From: a virus
Reading direction: 5' to 3' (one strand)
Length of the DNA stretch: 64,000 nt
IMG/VR virus record: IMGVR_UViG_3300017989_000002
Part shown: positions 19,724 to 29,025 of the stretch, piece after piece
How positions within the stretch are numbered: the first letter of the stretch is position 1
Layout: every line of letters begins with the position of its first letter
Position numbers and translations under genes: made by a program
Notes under the pieces: model-generated
What the model saw: the letters and a program-made list of their open reading frames with translations, nothing else
Told to the model about the DNA's origin: nothing
Databases searched by the model: none

Positions 19724-20098
19724 CTACTCCATCAGGATGGCCGGGGTCTCCGGGTCATCCAGGTCTGGTTCCGCGTCGTCCCAGTCGATGAGGACGCCCT
19801 CGAGGGCCTCGACTGCCGAGGCAGCCAGACTGGATCCGGTTTCCAGCGGCGCCGAGGCGGCAGAGGCGAGGGACCCCGGCATCTTCGCGTACACGTCGAC
19901 AGCCGACTGCCCGAAGATGTGAGACACCTGCACGAAGCCCAGCGTCATGACCATCGCCGTCAGGGGCACGTAGTGCACCTGCATCATCGCTCCGAAGATG
20001 ATGAGCACGGGCCACGTCACCACGGCCAGGAGGAGGTTGAGGAACTTCCTGCTGGTGAGGGGAGACGGCTTCGTGACGGCGGCAACCTGAGACACCAC
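19724..20098 (-). CDS. putative holin (2 TM)
   Basis: LTSRKFL followed by two TM helices and GQSAVD; charged tail. Confidence 0.65.
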   Translation of the reverse strand: MVSQVAAVTKPSPLTSRKFLNLLLAVVTWPVLIIFGAMMQVHYVPLTAMVMTLGFVQVSHIFGQSAVDVYAKMPGSLASAASAPLETGSSLAASAVEALEGVLIDWDDAEPDLDDPETPAILME

Positions 20099-20113
20099 TG
20101 ACCTCCTGCCCGG

Positions 20114-20122
20114 AGGCTAACG
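20114..20122 (-). promoter_or_regulatory. CG(G/T)TAGnCT candidate late-promoter -10 element
   Basis: CGTTAGCCT upstream of holin; similar at 105-113, 37321-37329, 58055-58063. Confidence 0.45.
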
Positions 20123-20136
20123 CACGGAGGCCTGCT

Positions 20137-20520
20137 ATGGCCAGACGAAGAAGCCCTGGCGGCACCGTGGGGATCCCCTACATGGTGTTCGCCTACGACG
20201 AAGAGGCCGGCCTCGCCTACGTCGGGAGGTCCCGCGCGCTGGGGGCCGACACCAAGGAACTGCAGCACCTCCAGCGCATCCACCAGCTCTCTCCCGGCGA
20301 CATGGTCTACCTGGACAAGTCCTGGTGGTACCTCGGGCCAGAAGGCTGGAGGCCTGCCGACCCTGGCGGCCTCGACGCTCCCGTCTACGGCGGCCGAGCC
20401 TGGGACCAGACGTTCGCCAGCGAGCTCCTGGCCGACGATGACATCTACGACCGAACCACCATCCCACGAGCTGACGCGGTGCGCCGCAAGCTCCCCGACC
20501 TGAAGAGGACCTCCGAATGA
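20137..20520 (+). CDS. hypothetical protein
   Basis: GGAGG RBS; SPGDMVYLDKSWWY. Confidence 0.7.
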   Translation: MARRRSPGGTVGIPYMVFAYDEEAGLAYVGRSRALGADTKELQHLQRIHQLSPGDMVYLDKSWWYLGPEGWRPADPGGLDAPVYGGRAWDQTFASELLADDDIYDRTTIPRADAVRRKLPDLKRTSE

Positions 20521-21734
20521 CCATGACCATCACGCTCTCGGCAGACCAGGAGGTCGCCCAGGAGACCATCCTGGACCTACTCCGCAACCCCGTCGGCTCC
20601 GACATCGTCCTCGTGGGCGCCGCCGGCTGCGGCAAGACCACCCTGATGCGCTCGACCATCCAGATCGTCGAGGAGGAGCTCGGGCGCGCATGCACCCTGC
20701 TCGCACCGACGGGGAAGGCCGCCTTCCGCCTGTCCGAGGTCACCGGGCGTGCGTGCTCGACTGTCCACAAGGCCCTCTACCCGCGGGTCTCCCGGGACAA
20801 GGCGACCGGCGAACTCCACTTCCACAGCCCCCAGGGCGTGTGCGGCCCGGGACAGCTCGCGGTCATCGACGAGGCCTCGATGGTGGGTCCCAAGCTCTAC
20901 AACGACATCCACCAGAGCCTGCCGGCGCGCGCGCAGGTCCTCTACGTCGGCGACAAGGAGCAGCTCATGCCCGTCGACCCCAAGGCCAAGCCGGGCTCCC
21001 CCACGTGGGGGCCGTCGATGGAGGAGCCCGACGCCGAGCTCACGAAGGTCCACCGCCAGCAGGACGGCAACCCCATCCTGGCCTACGCCACCGCCATCCG
21101 GGAGGGGTGGGGCAACGACTGGAGCCAGACCTACGAGCACGACAGCGACCAGCTGCAGGTCTACCGGGGGTACCAGTCGGCGATGAAGTGGACCCTCGAC
21201 CAGTACAAGGCTGGCCTGGACGCCACGGTCCTGACCTACACGAACCGCATGCGGCACAAGCTCAACCGCGACATCCGCCAAGGGCTCGGCCTGTACCGGG
21301 AGGGCCCGGTCGTGCCCGGCGACCGTCTGCTGGTTCGCGTCAACAACCACGACCTCCAGCTCATGAACGGCGAGGTCGTGACCGTCGAGGCGGTCGAGCA
21401 CGCCGTGTCCGACATCTGCGCCAACGCCGTGGTCGTCCACACCGAGCGAGGATCCTTCCTCCTCAACCTGGACTACTTCAACGGCAGCAAGAACCACTAC
21501 ATCGAGTGGAAGCAGAAGCGGGCGAAGCGAGACCCGGTGTGGGTTCACTGCGACCACGGGTTCGCTCTGACCATCCACGCCTCGCAGGGCTCGGAGTGGG
21601 AGCGGGTGTGCGTCGTCGTCGACGGGGCCGTGCTTCGCCGGACCCGAGAGAGCCCGGACGAGGGTCGTCGGATGATCTACACCGCCGTCACCAGAGCGCG
21701 GGACCAGCTCGCAATGGTGTGGGGCGTGTCGTAG
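20517..21734 (+). CDS. SF1B helicase, Dda/RecD-like
   Basis: GAAGCGKTT, APTGKAA, STVH, IDEASMV, VGDKEQL, HRQ, TIHASQGSEW, YTAVTRAR. Confidence 0.95.
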   Translation: MTMTITLSADQEVAQETILDLLRNPVGSDIVLVGAAGCGKTTLMRSTIQIVEEELGRACTLLAPTGKAAFRLSEVTGRACSTVHKALYPRVSRDKATGELHFHSPQGVCGPGQLAVIDEASMVGPKLYNDIHQSLPARAQVLYVGDKEQLMPVDPKAKPGSPTWGPSMEEPDAELTKVHRQQDGNPILAYATAIREGWGNDWSQTYEHDSDQLQVYRGYQSAMKWTLDQYKAGLDATVLTYTNRMRHKLNRDIRQGLGLYREGPVVPGDRLLVRVNNHDLQLMNGEVVTVEAVEHAVSDICANAVVVHTERGSFLLNLDYFNGSKNHYIEWKQKRAKRDPVWVHCDHGFALTIHASQGSEWERVCVVVDGAVLRRTRESPDEGRRMIYTAVTRARDQLAMVWGVS

Positions 21735-21798
21735 CCTACGTGTCCCGCAGGCTCTGCAGGGTATACACGTAGACGAAGACCCCTGGAGGCTGCTCCAC

Positions 21799-22491
21799 AT
21801 GGACACCCGACGCGTCGTCCTGCTCCCCGGACTCACCCACGCCTGCGCGTGGGGGTCCGTCGCCATCATGCTCGCCGGTGCCGTGCTCCTCGCCGCCCTG
21901 CCCGGAGGGACCCGCGCCATCAAGAAGAGCGTCGCGGGCTTCCATATCGAGGACACCGCAGAGCCTCTGTCCTCGGACGATCACGATGACCTGGCTGTGG
22001 ACCCCCAGGTCATCGTGGACAACTCCTACGTGGGCTACACCGTGTGGAGGCTGCACGGAGACAGCTTGTCCGACTGGCGGGTGGGGTTCAGCAATCCAGC
22101 AGCGGATGCCGTGATCGGGCACGCGGTCAGCGAGTGCGAGGGCTCTCCCGTGCTCGAGTGCTTTCCTGCCCTGAACAGCGAGGGCGGCGAGAAGTACGCA
22201 GATCTCGTGCGGTTCGCCCGAGACTCCGGGTCTCCGGTCTCGGTTGGCGTCACCGCGCTCAAGACCAAGGACGGCGCCCAGAGGTACTTCTACAGCACCA
22301 TCACGCCCGTGGACGATGGTCATGTGGTCCTGAACTACCACAACCTCTTCGACAACGCCTCGGAGGGCCTCCCCGCCGACTACATGATCGGCATGGAGAT
22401 GTCGGATCTCCAGGTGTTGCGTGCACAGCTCCGGTCCATGGAGACTGCCCTGGACCGGGTCTCGAAGGAGGTCGTGGAGCATGGCAGATGA
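21799..22491 (+). CDS. membrane-anchored PAS-domain protein
   Basis: N-terminal TM; IVDNS..G.....FSNPAA..VIG......G..VLECFP....SG.P.....DG..RYF..TITPVDDGHVVL PAS_4-like pattern; C-terminal coiled coil. Confidence 0.7.
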   Translation: MDTRRVVLLPGLTHACAWGSVAIMLAGAVLLAALPGGTRAIKKSVAGFHIEDTAEPLSSDDHDDLAVDPQVIVDNSYVGYTVWRLHGDSLSDWRVGFSNPAADAVIGHAVSECEGSPVLECFPALNSEGGEKYADLVRFARDSGSPVSVGVTALKTKDGAQRYFYSTITPVDDGHVVLNYHNLFDNASEGLPADYMIGMEMSDLQVLRAQLRSMETALDRVSKEVVEHGR

Positions 22492-22762
22492 GAAGAAGCC
22501 AGACACGATCACCGTGCCCGCCTGGGTCCGTACCATCGTCATCGCGCTGTTCATCGCGTCGGTGCCGAGCCTGACGTTGTGGCAGGTGAACCTCGAGTAC
22601 CGCATGCGGTTGTCCGAGGAGAAGGATGACCAGGCCGAGCGTGATTCCGAGACGCTGCGGCGTATCGAGAACGACGTCGCCGTGGTGAAGACCCAGATGA
22701 AGTACGTCCACGCCACCCTCCTGCGACTGGAGGGGCGTGTCGAGACCTCTGCATCCCCGTAG
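22481..22762 (+). CDS. single-TM + coiled-coil protein (holin/XhlA-like)
   Basis: WVRTIVIALFIASVPSLTLW then heptad repeats; overlaps PAS gene. Confidence 0.55.
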   Translation: MADEKKPDTITVPAWVRTIVIALFIASVPSLTLWQVNLEYRMRLSEEKDDQAERDSETLRRIENDVAVVKTQMKYVHATLLRLEGRVETSASP

Positions 22763-22771
22763 GTCCCGGGT

Positions 22772-22779
22772 CGCATAAG
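22772..22779 (+). promoter_or_regulatory. CGCATAAG promoter-like motif
   Basis: 25 nt before ATG 22797. Confidence 0.7.
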
Positions 22780-22796
22780 GGCCTGGGAGGCCCTAC

Positions 22797-23165
22797 ATGT
22801 ACATGAACGTCCCGCACGAGATGCACGCTGCGGTGAATGTGGTGTGCGCCGACGGTACGATAGACCTCACCACGCCCTACGAGTACATCCGTGAGTGGCT
22901 GTGGCTCAACGAGACCCAGGACGCGATGATCGCTCGCATCGTCGCGTACGAGCTCGCTGACCGCCCGGACCTGTCCGACACCGTCCGTGAGCACATGGGC
23001 CGTGACCGCTACAGCGACCTCATGCACCAAGACCGCGAGCAGCTCCTCGAGACAGTGATGGACAACCTCATTGAGGTCGGCATCAGCAAGGAGCTGCGCA
23101 ACGGATTCTACACCGACCTTGCGGGCCAGTACGCCGTCTGGCTGCCCGCGCCCCTACCATACTGA
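22797..23165 (+). CDS. hypothetical protein
   Basis: GGAGG RBS. Confidence 0.75.
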   Translation: MYMNVPHEMHAAVNVVCADGTIDLTTPYEYIREWLWLNETQDAMIARIVAYELADRPDLSDTVREHMGRDRYSDLMHQDREQLLETVMDNLIEVGISKELRNGFYTDLAGQYAVWLPAPLPY

Positions 23166-23173
23166 GGTGACCT

Positions 23174-23653
23174 GTGTCCGATGACACACCCATCTCCCAG
23201 CACACGGCCGCCGAAGGGTGGCCGTTCGACGCTGGGACTCTCGTCTACTGGTTCGACGCCCATTCCCGCCGCCGCGAGGGCTACTACCTGCGGCTCAACC
23301 TCGACGACCTCGAGGAGTGCTGGGGCGACGAAGAAGCCCGCCACGAGTTCACGAGCCGCATGAGCGGCAGCGACAGCTCCTGCCTGGAGTGCGGAGCCGG
23401 CCTCGACGACGAGACCGGCGAGTGCGTGGCGGGCTGCATCCCGTTCGACGGGCACCCGCAGGAGGACAGCATCCGGTTCGAGACCGCGTACGGCATCCAC
23501 GCGCGCGTCATCGACCGGGGCCTGTTCGAGAAGCGGAAGGACCCCGACACCGGGCAGTTCCTTCCGGCCTGGCCTCCCGACCCCGACGACCCCGTCCTCG
23601 AGTTCCCTACCGAAGTTCCCCTCTCTCAGCTGACCGCCCTGGAGCCCTCATGA
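23174..23653 (+). CDS. acidic hypothetical protein with CxxC..CxxxC
   Basis: GAGGTG RBS. Confidence 0.7.
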   Translation: MSDDTPISQHTAAEGWPFDAGTLVYWFDAHSRRREGYYLRLNLDDLEECWGDEEARHEFTSRMSGSDSSCLECGAGLDDETGECVAGCIPFDGHPQEDSIRFETAYGIHARVIDRGLFEKRKDPDTGQFLPAWPPDPDDPVLEFPTEVPLSQLTALEPS

Positions 23654-25116
23654 CCGACCTGCTGCACACCCACCACGACGACGGCTTCTCCGTCCTGTCC
23701 CTCGACCACCGCATGCGCCCCGAGACCCGCGCCATGCTGGCCGCGATGAGCTCGCGCATGCCCAAGGGCGGTGTCCGCCTGCGCTACGACGAGATCCTCG
23801 AGGGGATGCTCCCCGGCCTGCACCGCGAGGCATCGGCCCGCGAGCGCGGCCGCGACGCCGCCTACTGGCGCACGAAGGCCGAGAAGGTCCTGACGGTGCA
23901 CGTCCCGCCGTACGTCCAGACCTTCATGGACAAGTTCGTGGGCAACTACGGGCACAGCTCCATCATGGAGCTCACGGGCTCGCCGACGGTGTTCGTCGAG
24001 GGCGTGTCCTGGTACACAGCCTGGCTGTCCTTCGACGGCCCGCTCGTGAAGGGCCAGGAGTTCAGCACGCGCGCCAAGGCGTACAAGGACTGGCCGATGT
24101 GCTTCGAGGCCGACGACGTGGAGCCCCTGGCGGAGCTGCACGAGCGGTGGCTCCAGGTGTTCGCGGCCGAGGTCGACTGGTGGAAGGACCACCTGACGAA
24201 CGCGAAGAACCGGGAAGCCCTGGGCATCGCGGACAAGGAGCCCTTCCGTCCGGCCTACGACCGCGCGCGCTGGGCTCTGCCTGGAACCATCGCGACGGGC
24301 TTCGCCCACGCCGCCAACGTCCGGGACATGGGCCGCGTGATCAGCAACGCCCAGGCACTCGCCTACAACTGCTGGCGGGCCTCCGAGGGCAACAGCGAGC
24401 GGCCCTACGCCGTGTGGGAGGCCATCGAGGCCGCCTACAACGACGCGCTGCCAGCGCTGCGCGGCTACAGCCTCCGGACGGCGCTGACCTCGCCCGACGA
24501 CCAGAGCGAGAACTGGCGGCGGGTCCCGGGCCACATGCTGTTCTGGGAGCAGGGCACGAACCACCGAGAGGTCCTGCGCGAGCTGCGCAAGCTCGACGCC
24601 ATGACCTACTGCGGCCTGACGACCGACGGCGAGCACGACCACCGGCTGGCCTACGTGCGTGGCGACCAGGGCGGCTACATCGACCCGAGCCACAACCGCG
24701 CGCGCGCGCGGTTCACGACGGTCTGCTCCCTGGCGGTCGCGCGCGACTGGCACCGGCACCGGACGATGATGCCCTGGAACCTGACGCCCCTCCTCGCGCC
24801 CATCTACGGCGGCACGCCGGTCGTTCACCACGACTACGAGCCGAAGTCGGCCTACGCGCAGGAGCACACCGAAGGCCTGATGAAGCGCGCGGGCGAGGTC
24901 TACCGCGAGCTCCGCAAGGCGGGCGAGCACTACCTGTCCATGCTGGCGCTGCCCCTGGGGGCGGCCAGCCTGCTGGAAGGCGAGGGAGGCCTCCGCGACA
25001 TGGTCTACATGCTGGAGCTGCGGTCCAAGGCCCACGGCACCAACTTCGAGTACCGGGCGCAGGCGCAGTCGGCGCTGGCCCAGCTCACCAACGACATCGA
25101 CCTGGAGAGCCTGTGA
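23650..25116 (+). CDS. thyX: FAD-dependent thymidylate synthase, tandem-duplicated ThyX type
   Basis: YGHSSIME, QEFSTR, ARWALP..AT....NVR, ARDWHRHR, YMLELRS...NFEYR. Confidence 0.8.
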   Translation: MTDLLHTHHDDGFSVLSLDHRMRPETRAMLAAMSSRMPKGGVRLRYDEILEGMLPGLHREASARERGRDAAYWRTKAEKVLTVHVPPYVQTFMDKFVGNYGHSSIMELTGSPTVFVEGVSWYTAWLSFDGPLVKGQEFSTRAKAYKDWPMCFEADDVEPLAELHERWLQVFAAEVDWWKDHLTNAKNREALGIADKEPFRPAYDRARWALPGTIATGFAHAANVRDMGRVISNAQALAYNCWRASEGNSERPYAVWEAIEAAYNDALPALRGYSLRTALTSPDDQSENWRRVPGHMLFWEQGTNHREVLRELRKLDAMTYCGLTTDGEHDHRLAYVRGDQGGYIDPSHNRARARFTTVCSLAVARDWHRHRTMMPWNLTPLLAPIYGGTPVVHHDYEPKSAYAQEHTEGLMKRAGEVYRELRKAGEHYLSMLALPLGAASLLEGEGGLRDMVYMLELRSKAHGTNFEYRAQAQSALAQLTNDIDLESL

Positions 25117-25361
25117 GCGGCGAACGCCTCAACACCGTGTACCCGGTCAACACCCACGACCGGCTCCTCACCCTGGTCGCGCTCGGGCTCCTCCTGGGCG
25201 CGACCGTGGGCCCAGGAGTCTACTGCCACCGCAGCAGCGTGGCGCAGGTCGAGGCCTGCTTCGACCGCTGCGGGGGCTCTGCCTACTCCCCCAGCGGAGG
25301 ATGCGTCCGCGACCGATGCTTCTGCATCCAGGAAGCCCCCAACCCCACGGAGAACCCATGA
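25113..25361 (+). CDS. small membrane protein with Cys-rich exported domain
   Basis: TM LLTLVALGLLLGATVG; C..RC....GC...CFC. Confidence 0.65.
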   Translation: MSGERLNTVYPVNTHDRLLTLVALGLLLGATVGPGVYCHRSSVAQVEACFDRCGGSAYSPSGGCVRDRCFCIQEAPNPTENP

Positions 25362-25780
25362 CCGACGTCAAGCCCGTGATCAAGCAGTCCGAGGAGGCAC
25401 AGCGGCTCCTCCAGTTCGCCGTCGAGAACCGCCTGCCCTTCGCGATGATGCTCAACACCGAGATCCTGAACGTCATCCCGTGGGGTGGACCCATGTTCCC
25501 GTCGCGCGAGCGGAACATGGTGGTCATCGCGCTGGACGCCGGCACGTACGAGGCGCTGGATGGGCGCGGAGAGCCGCCCTCCGCCGGGCCCGAGCAGCTC
25601 CACGTCGTCCTCTCCTTCGGCGACCGGCTGCTGCGCTGCTCCATCCCCTTCATCGCGATCTACCAGATCGTCTTCGTGTTCGAGACCTCCGAGCAGGTCC
25701 TCACCCAGCCCACGCAAGGGGCTCAGGGAGGTCTGCGCCTGGTGGTGGACAACACCCTGCCGGGAGGCATCGATGCGTAG
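25358..25780 (+). CDS. SspB-like (ClpXP adaptor-like) protein
   Basis: LHVVLSFGDRLLRCSIPFIAIYQI and tail GLRLVVDN resemble SspB LSFgG..c.IP..AI and the LRVVK ClpX-binding tail. Confidence 0.6.
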   Translation: MTDVKPVIKQSEEAQRLLQFAVENRLPFAMMLNTEILNVIPWGGPMFPSRERNMVVIALDAGTYEALDGRGEPPSAGPEQLHVVLSFGDRLLRCSIPFIAIYQIVFVFETSEQVLTQPTQGAQGGLRLVVDNTLPGGIDA

Positions 25781-26222
25781 CCTGATCTGCCTGCTCCTGA
25801 CCGGGTGCATCATCGACGGGGACGGCTTCCTGCGGTTCACGACCGACGGCCCGCCGCCGGGCTGCGACATCTACACCCCCGACGACTGGGTGGCGGTGGC
25901 GCGGGACCCGGACGGGAACGACGTCTGGATGTCCCTCGAGGTCCAGCAGTGGCGGTGGGAGACCGATGCGTGCGCCTGGGTCGGGGAAGCCCGCCTCGGG
26001 CTCACCCACGAGGGCGTCACCGCAGAGGCCGCCGGCACCATCTACTCGGGGCCGACGTCCGACATGGGCGAGTTCCACGGAGTGGCCAGCTATCTCGAGG
26101 TCGAGAACTGCCCGAGCTGCTACCGCGGCGACGTCTACACCGACTTCGGCACGGCCTTCGACTTCGGGCCGCGCACCGGCGGCTGGGTCGCCGTCGGTGA
26201 CCGCCTGGTTCTCGAGTGGTGA
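25773..26222 (+). CDS. predicted lipoprotein
   Basis: MRSLICLLLTG-C lipobox. Confidence 0.7.
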   Translation: MRSLICLLLTGCIIDGDGFLRFTTDGPPPGCDIYTPDDWVAVARDPDGNDVWMSLEVQQWRWETDACAWVGEARLGLTHEGVTAEAAGTIYSGPTSDMGEFHGVASYLEVENCPSCYRGDVYTDFGTAFDFGPRTGGWVAVGDRLVLEW

Positions 26223-26228
26223 ACGCAA

Positions 26229-26258
26229 GACGCCCGCCCCGTCGCTGGGGCGGGCGTC
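26229..26258. terminator. GC-rich hairpin between convergent operons
   Basis: GACGCCCGCCCC-GTCGCT-GGGGCGGGCGTC. Confidence 0.75.
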
Positions 26259-26282
26259 CAGGGCGTCAGCCCTTCTTCGCCG

Positions 26283-27299
26283 TCAGTCCTGGGGAGGGGG
26301 CGAGCAGGGCGTCCACGGCATCGGGTGCGGGACGTTCTCGAAGTCGAAGTCGTGCGGCACCGTGCAGCCGTTGCCCGTCGGACCGTCGGGCGCCGTCCCG
26401 CGCTCGTTCTCGAACCACAGGCTGGTCGGATCCGGCCACGGCCAGCCCTGCCCGGTGCGGTGCTCGTAGGCGTTCCGGCCCTCGCCGTGGATGGCGGGCG
26501 GGGAGCCGGAGTCGCTGCCGCCCTCGGGCGGGCCCCAGCCCCAGAACTCCCCGTCGGGGCCGCTGTCGACCACCTGCCAGGTGTACTCGGGCGGGATGGG
26601 CGCCTGCGGGTCGGTGCCCGGAGAGCCCTCGGGCCGTGGCTCGAGGGGCCAGCAGGGGTCCTCGAGGTTGCCGTTGAGCCACTCCAGGACGGTGAGGGGG
26701 TTCCCGTCCGCGCCCTCGTCGCCGGGCTCGGGGTTGGAGCAGCCCTGCTCGGAGTTCATCTCCCACACAGCCGCGCAGGCCGCGAACTTCGCGTCCTCGG
26801 GGCTGTCGCCGTCCGCGATGCGCGCCTCGTAGATGTCCACGATGAAGTTCACGTAGACGGCGTACTCGTCGGGGTTCTCGTCCTCGTCGTCGCTTCCGTC
26901 GCGGAGGTCGATGACCTGGCCGTGAGCCACGGCAGCGGCGACAGCGGCGGCGAGGGCGTCCTCCCGGCTGTCCCCCGCCTGGATGCCAGCGTTGAAGGCG
27001 TCGACGGAGATGGACGTCACCTCGCACACGTCGTCGTAGCTGAAGCCCTCGTCGCCGTGGTCCGGCTGCGGGGACCACGACCAGAAGCCGACGCCGTCTC
27101 CGTACGCCACGGTGCCCTTCCAGCACATGCCCTGCGCCGCGTCGTCGAGGGAGAATCCGTGCTGCACGGCGTTCGGTCCGTCGAGGATGACCTGCAGGTT
27201 GAGGTTGGGGTGCCCGTCTGGACCGTCGAAGACGGCTGTGACGATGGCGGGGTAGGCGACGTCGGGGGCGACGTGGAAGAGGACGGTGGTTCCGAGCAT
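26283..27299 (-). CDS. hypothetical protein: small beta N-domain and acidic Pro/Trp-rich C-region
   Basis: PAIVTAV..NLNLQVILDG..WSW; GGAG RBS. Confidence 0.75.
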   Translation of the reverse strand: MLGTTVLFHVAPDVAYPAIVTAVFDGPDGHPNLNLQVILDGPNAVQHGFSLDDAAQGMCWKGTVAYGDGVGFWSWSPQPDHGDEGFSYDDVCEVTSISVDAFNAGIQAGDSREDALAAAVAAAVAHGQVIDLRDGSDDEDENPDEYAVYVNFIVDIYEARIADGDSPEDAKFAACAAVWEMNSEQGCSNPEPGDEGADGNPLTVLEWLNGNLEDPCWPLEPRPEGSPGTDPQAPIPPEYTWQVVDSGPDGEFWGWGPPEGGSDSGSPPAIHGEGRNAYEHRTGQGWPWPDPTSLWFENERGTAPDGPTGNGCTVPHDFDFENVPHPMPWTPCSPPPQD

Positions 27300-27310
27300 G
27301 ATGTCTCCGG

Positions 27311-27763
27311 TCAGGGTGCGGGTACGACGATGACGCCACGCTCCAAGAGCGTGCGTGCAACCTCTACCATGAGGTCCCTGTTCTGGGCAGGTACATCCTC
27401 CCAAGGGACGCGACTGTCCTCCCGGGTCTCGTACCCGTGCTTCGGCGCGAGCTCCTCGTAGACCTCGTGAAACTGCTGCGCGACCTCGTGCGACCGCTCC
27501 AAGTCCTCGTCGGGCACGATGATCGAGAGGTCGGCAAGGTCCTTCACACCGAAGAAGTCGGCGAGGGCACTCACCCGCTCCTTCGGCGTGAACGGCAAGA
27601 TCCGAAGGACCTTGCCCATCACCGCGGAGCGGGGGTGGTGGCTGCTGCGGAGCCAGGTGGAGAGCGTGTTGTTTGGCACCTTGAGCTTCCGAGACAGCCC
27701 GATGGCGGTGCCGGTCGTCCTCTGGATGACAGCGCGGAGCGCCTTGGAGAAGCCGTTCTTCAT
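27311..27763 (-). CDS. XRE-like HTH protein
   Basis: LSRKLKVPNNTLSTWLRSSHHP. Confidence 0.65.
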   Translation of the reverse strand: MKNGFSKALRAVIQRTTGTAIGLSRKLKVPNNTLSTWLRSSHHPRSAVMGKVLRILPFTPKERVSALADFFGVKDLADLSIIVPDEDLERSHEVAQQFHEVYEELAPKHGYETREDSRVPWEDVPAQNRDLMVEVARTLLERGVIVVPAP

Positions 27764-28176
27764 CGGAACACCTCGTCTTCCTCGTCGCGTTCGGAGTCGA
27801 AGTGCCGCTTGTCCCTGACCGCATCACGCAACCATCGGGCGAGCTTCTCGGACTTGTCGGGGTGGAGCACAGCGTCGACGGTGACCTTGATGCCCGCGTC
27901 GACGACGGAGACGAAGAGGTCCCCCTCTTCGCGAGGCCATCCAGCGTCGATGGACGTGGCCCACTGCGCGAAGGAGACCAGGGTGTCCCACGACACGGTC
28001 CCGTCCGCGGTGCTGTACTTGACGAACCGCTGGTCGAGCTTCAAGAACCTCTGGTGCTCGGGCGGCACTTCGCAGTCGTCGGCGGTCCCAACGAGCAGGA
28101 CGGTTCTTGTCGTCCGGTCGTTGCCTCGTCCGACGTAGCTCTGTCCGGGCACGATGTCCTTGTGCTTCACGCTCAT
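27760..28176 (-). CDS. hypothetical protein
   Basis: start MSVKHKD; ATGA coupling. Confidence 0.7.
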   Translation of the reverse strand: MSVKHKDIVPGQSYVGRGNDRTTRTVLLVGTADDCEVPPEHQRFLKLDQRFVKYSTADGTVSWDTLVSFAQWATSIDAGWPREEGDLFVSVVDAGIKVTVDAVLHPDKSEKLARWLRDAVRDKRHFDSERDEEDEVFR

Positions 28177-28205
28177 TCCCCAGGGCGAAAGAAGGCCGAA
28201 CACGG

Positions 28206-28238
28206 CTGCGGCGGGGACCGTGAGGCCCCCCGCCGCAG
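28206..28238 (-). terminator. intergenic hairpin
   Basis: CTGCGGCGGGG...CCCCGCCGCAG followed by CTTCTTT on - strand. Confidence 0.55.
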
Positions 28239-28246
28239 GCGGTTCA

Positions 28247-28729
28247 TCAGTTGAGCGGCGTCTCCCAGTGGAACGCCTGGAAGATGAGCCGGGCCAGTCC
28301 GGGAAGGAACGGCTTGGCCACATGCTTCTGCTTGAGGTCGATCTCGGTCAGCTGCACGCCCCCGGGCCCGACGCCCTTGGGGTTGATGCGGCCGACGACG
28401 ATGGGCTTCGCATCGGGATCGAGGCCCTTCACCGTCTCGATGGACTGCGGCCAGCCCTTGGGCGGCACCAGCAGCTGCGGGATGGCCTCCCACACGTTCG
28501 ACGTGTCGGTGGGGAGCGGGTGCGCCCGGTACCCGACGTCCGCCTTGGCGATGCCGATGACGGGCCGCGACTCGTCCGTCGGGCACAGCGAGAGCTTCTC
28601 CACGCGGAGGAAGTTGCTCGTCTCCTCGACGAGCTTCCCGACGAAGGCGCTGTCGATGCGCTGGTCGTCCGGGTCCGTGGTGTAGAAGACGTAGAGGGCG
28701 TTGACCTGCAGGTCCTTGAGGCCGCTCAT
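28247..28729 (-). CDS. hypothetical protein
   Basis: ATGA coupling, high GC3. Confidence 0.75.
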   Translation of the reverse strand: MSGLKDLQVNALYVFYTTDPDDQRIDSAFVGKLVEETSNFLRVEKLSLCPTDESRPVIGIAKADVGYRAHPLPTDTSNVWEAIPQLLVPPKGWPQSIETVKGLDPDAKPIVVGRINPKGVGPGGVQLTEIDLKQKHVAKPFLPGLARLIFQAFHWETPLN

Positions 28730-29025
28730 GCTCGTCCCGCCCGGTAGTCCCGCGCGGGGTCCCGGCCGACGTTGCGGAGCTCCCGCTGCGCCTCCGCGAG
28801 CTGCTGGTTGGCACTGTCGATGTACGACTGGCCGGTCTCGTTCGGGACGGAGCGAAGCTGTCCGTCGACGCGCTTGAGCATCATCATGCCGCTGGTGCGC
28901 CGCACCTGGTCCAGCGTCGACTGGCGCGCGGCGAACGCGTAGCTGACATCGGCGGCGGCGTCGCGCCGGCGCTGACCTCCCAGACCGCTGGTCCCGCGGC
29001 GGGCCTTCTTCATCGAACTCATCAT
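28726..29025 (-). CDS. basic hypothetical protein
   Basis: GGAGG RBS. Confidence 0.7.
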   Translation of the reverse strand: MMSSMKKARRGTSGLGGQRRRDAAADVSYAFAARQSTLDQVRRTSGMMMLKRVDGQLRSVPNETGQSYIDSANQQLAEAQRELRNVGRDPARDYRAGRA

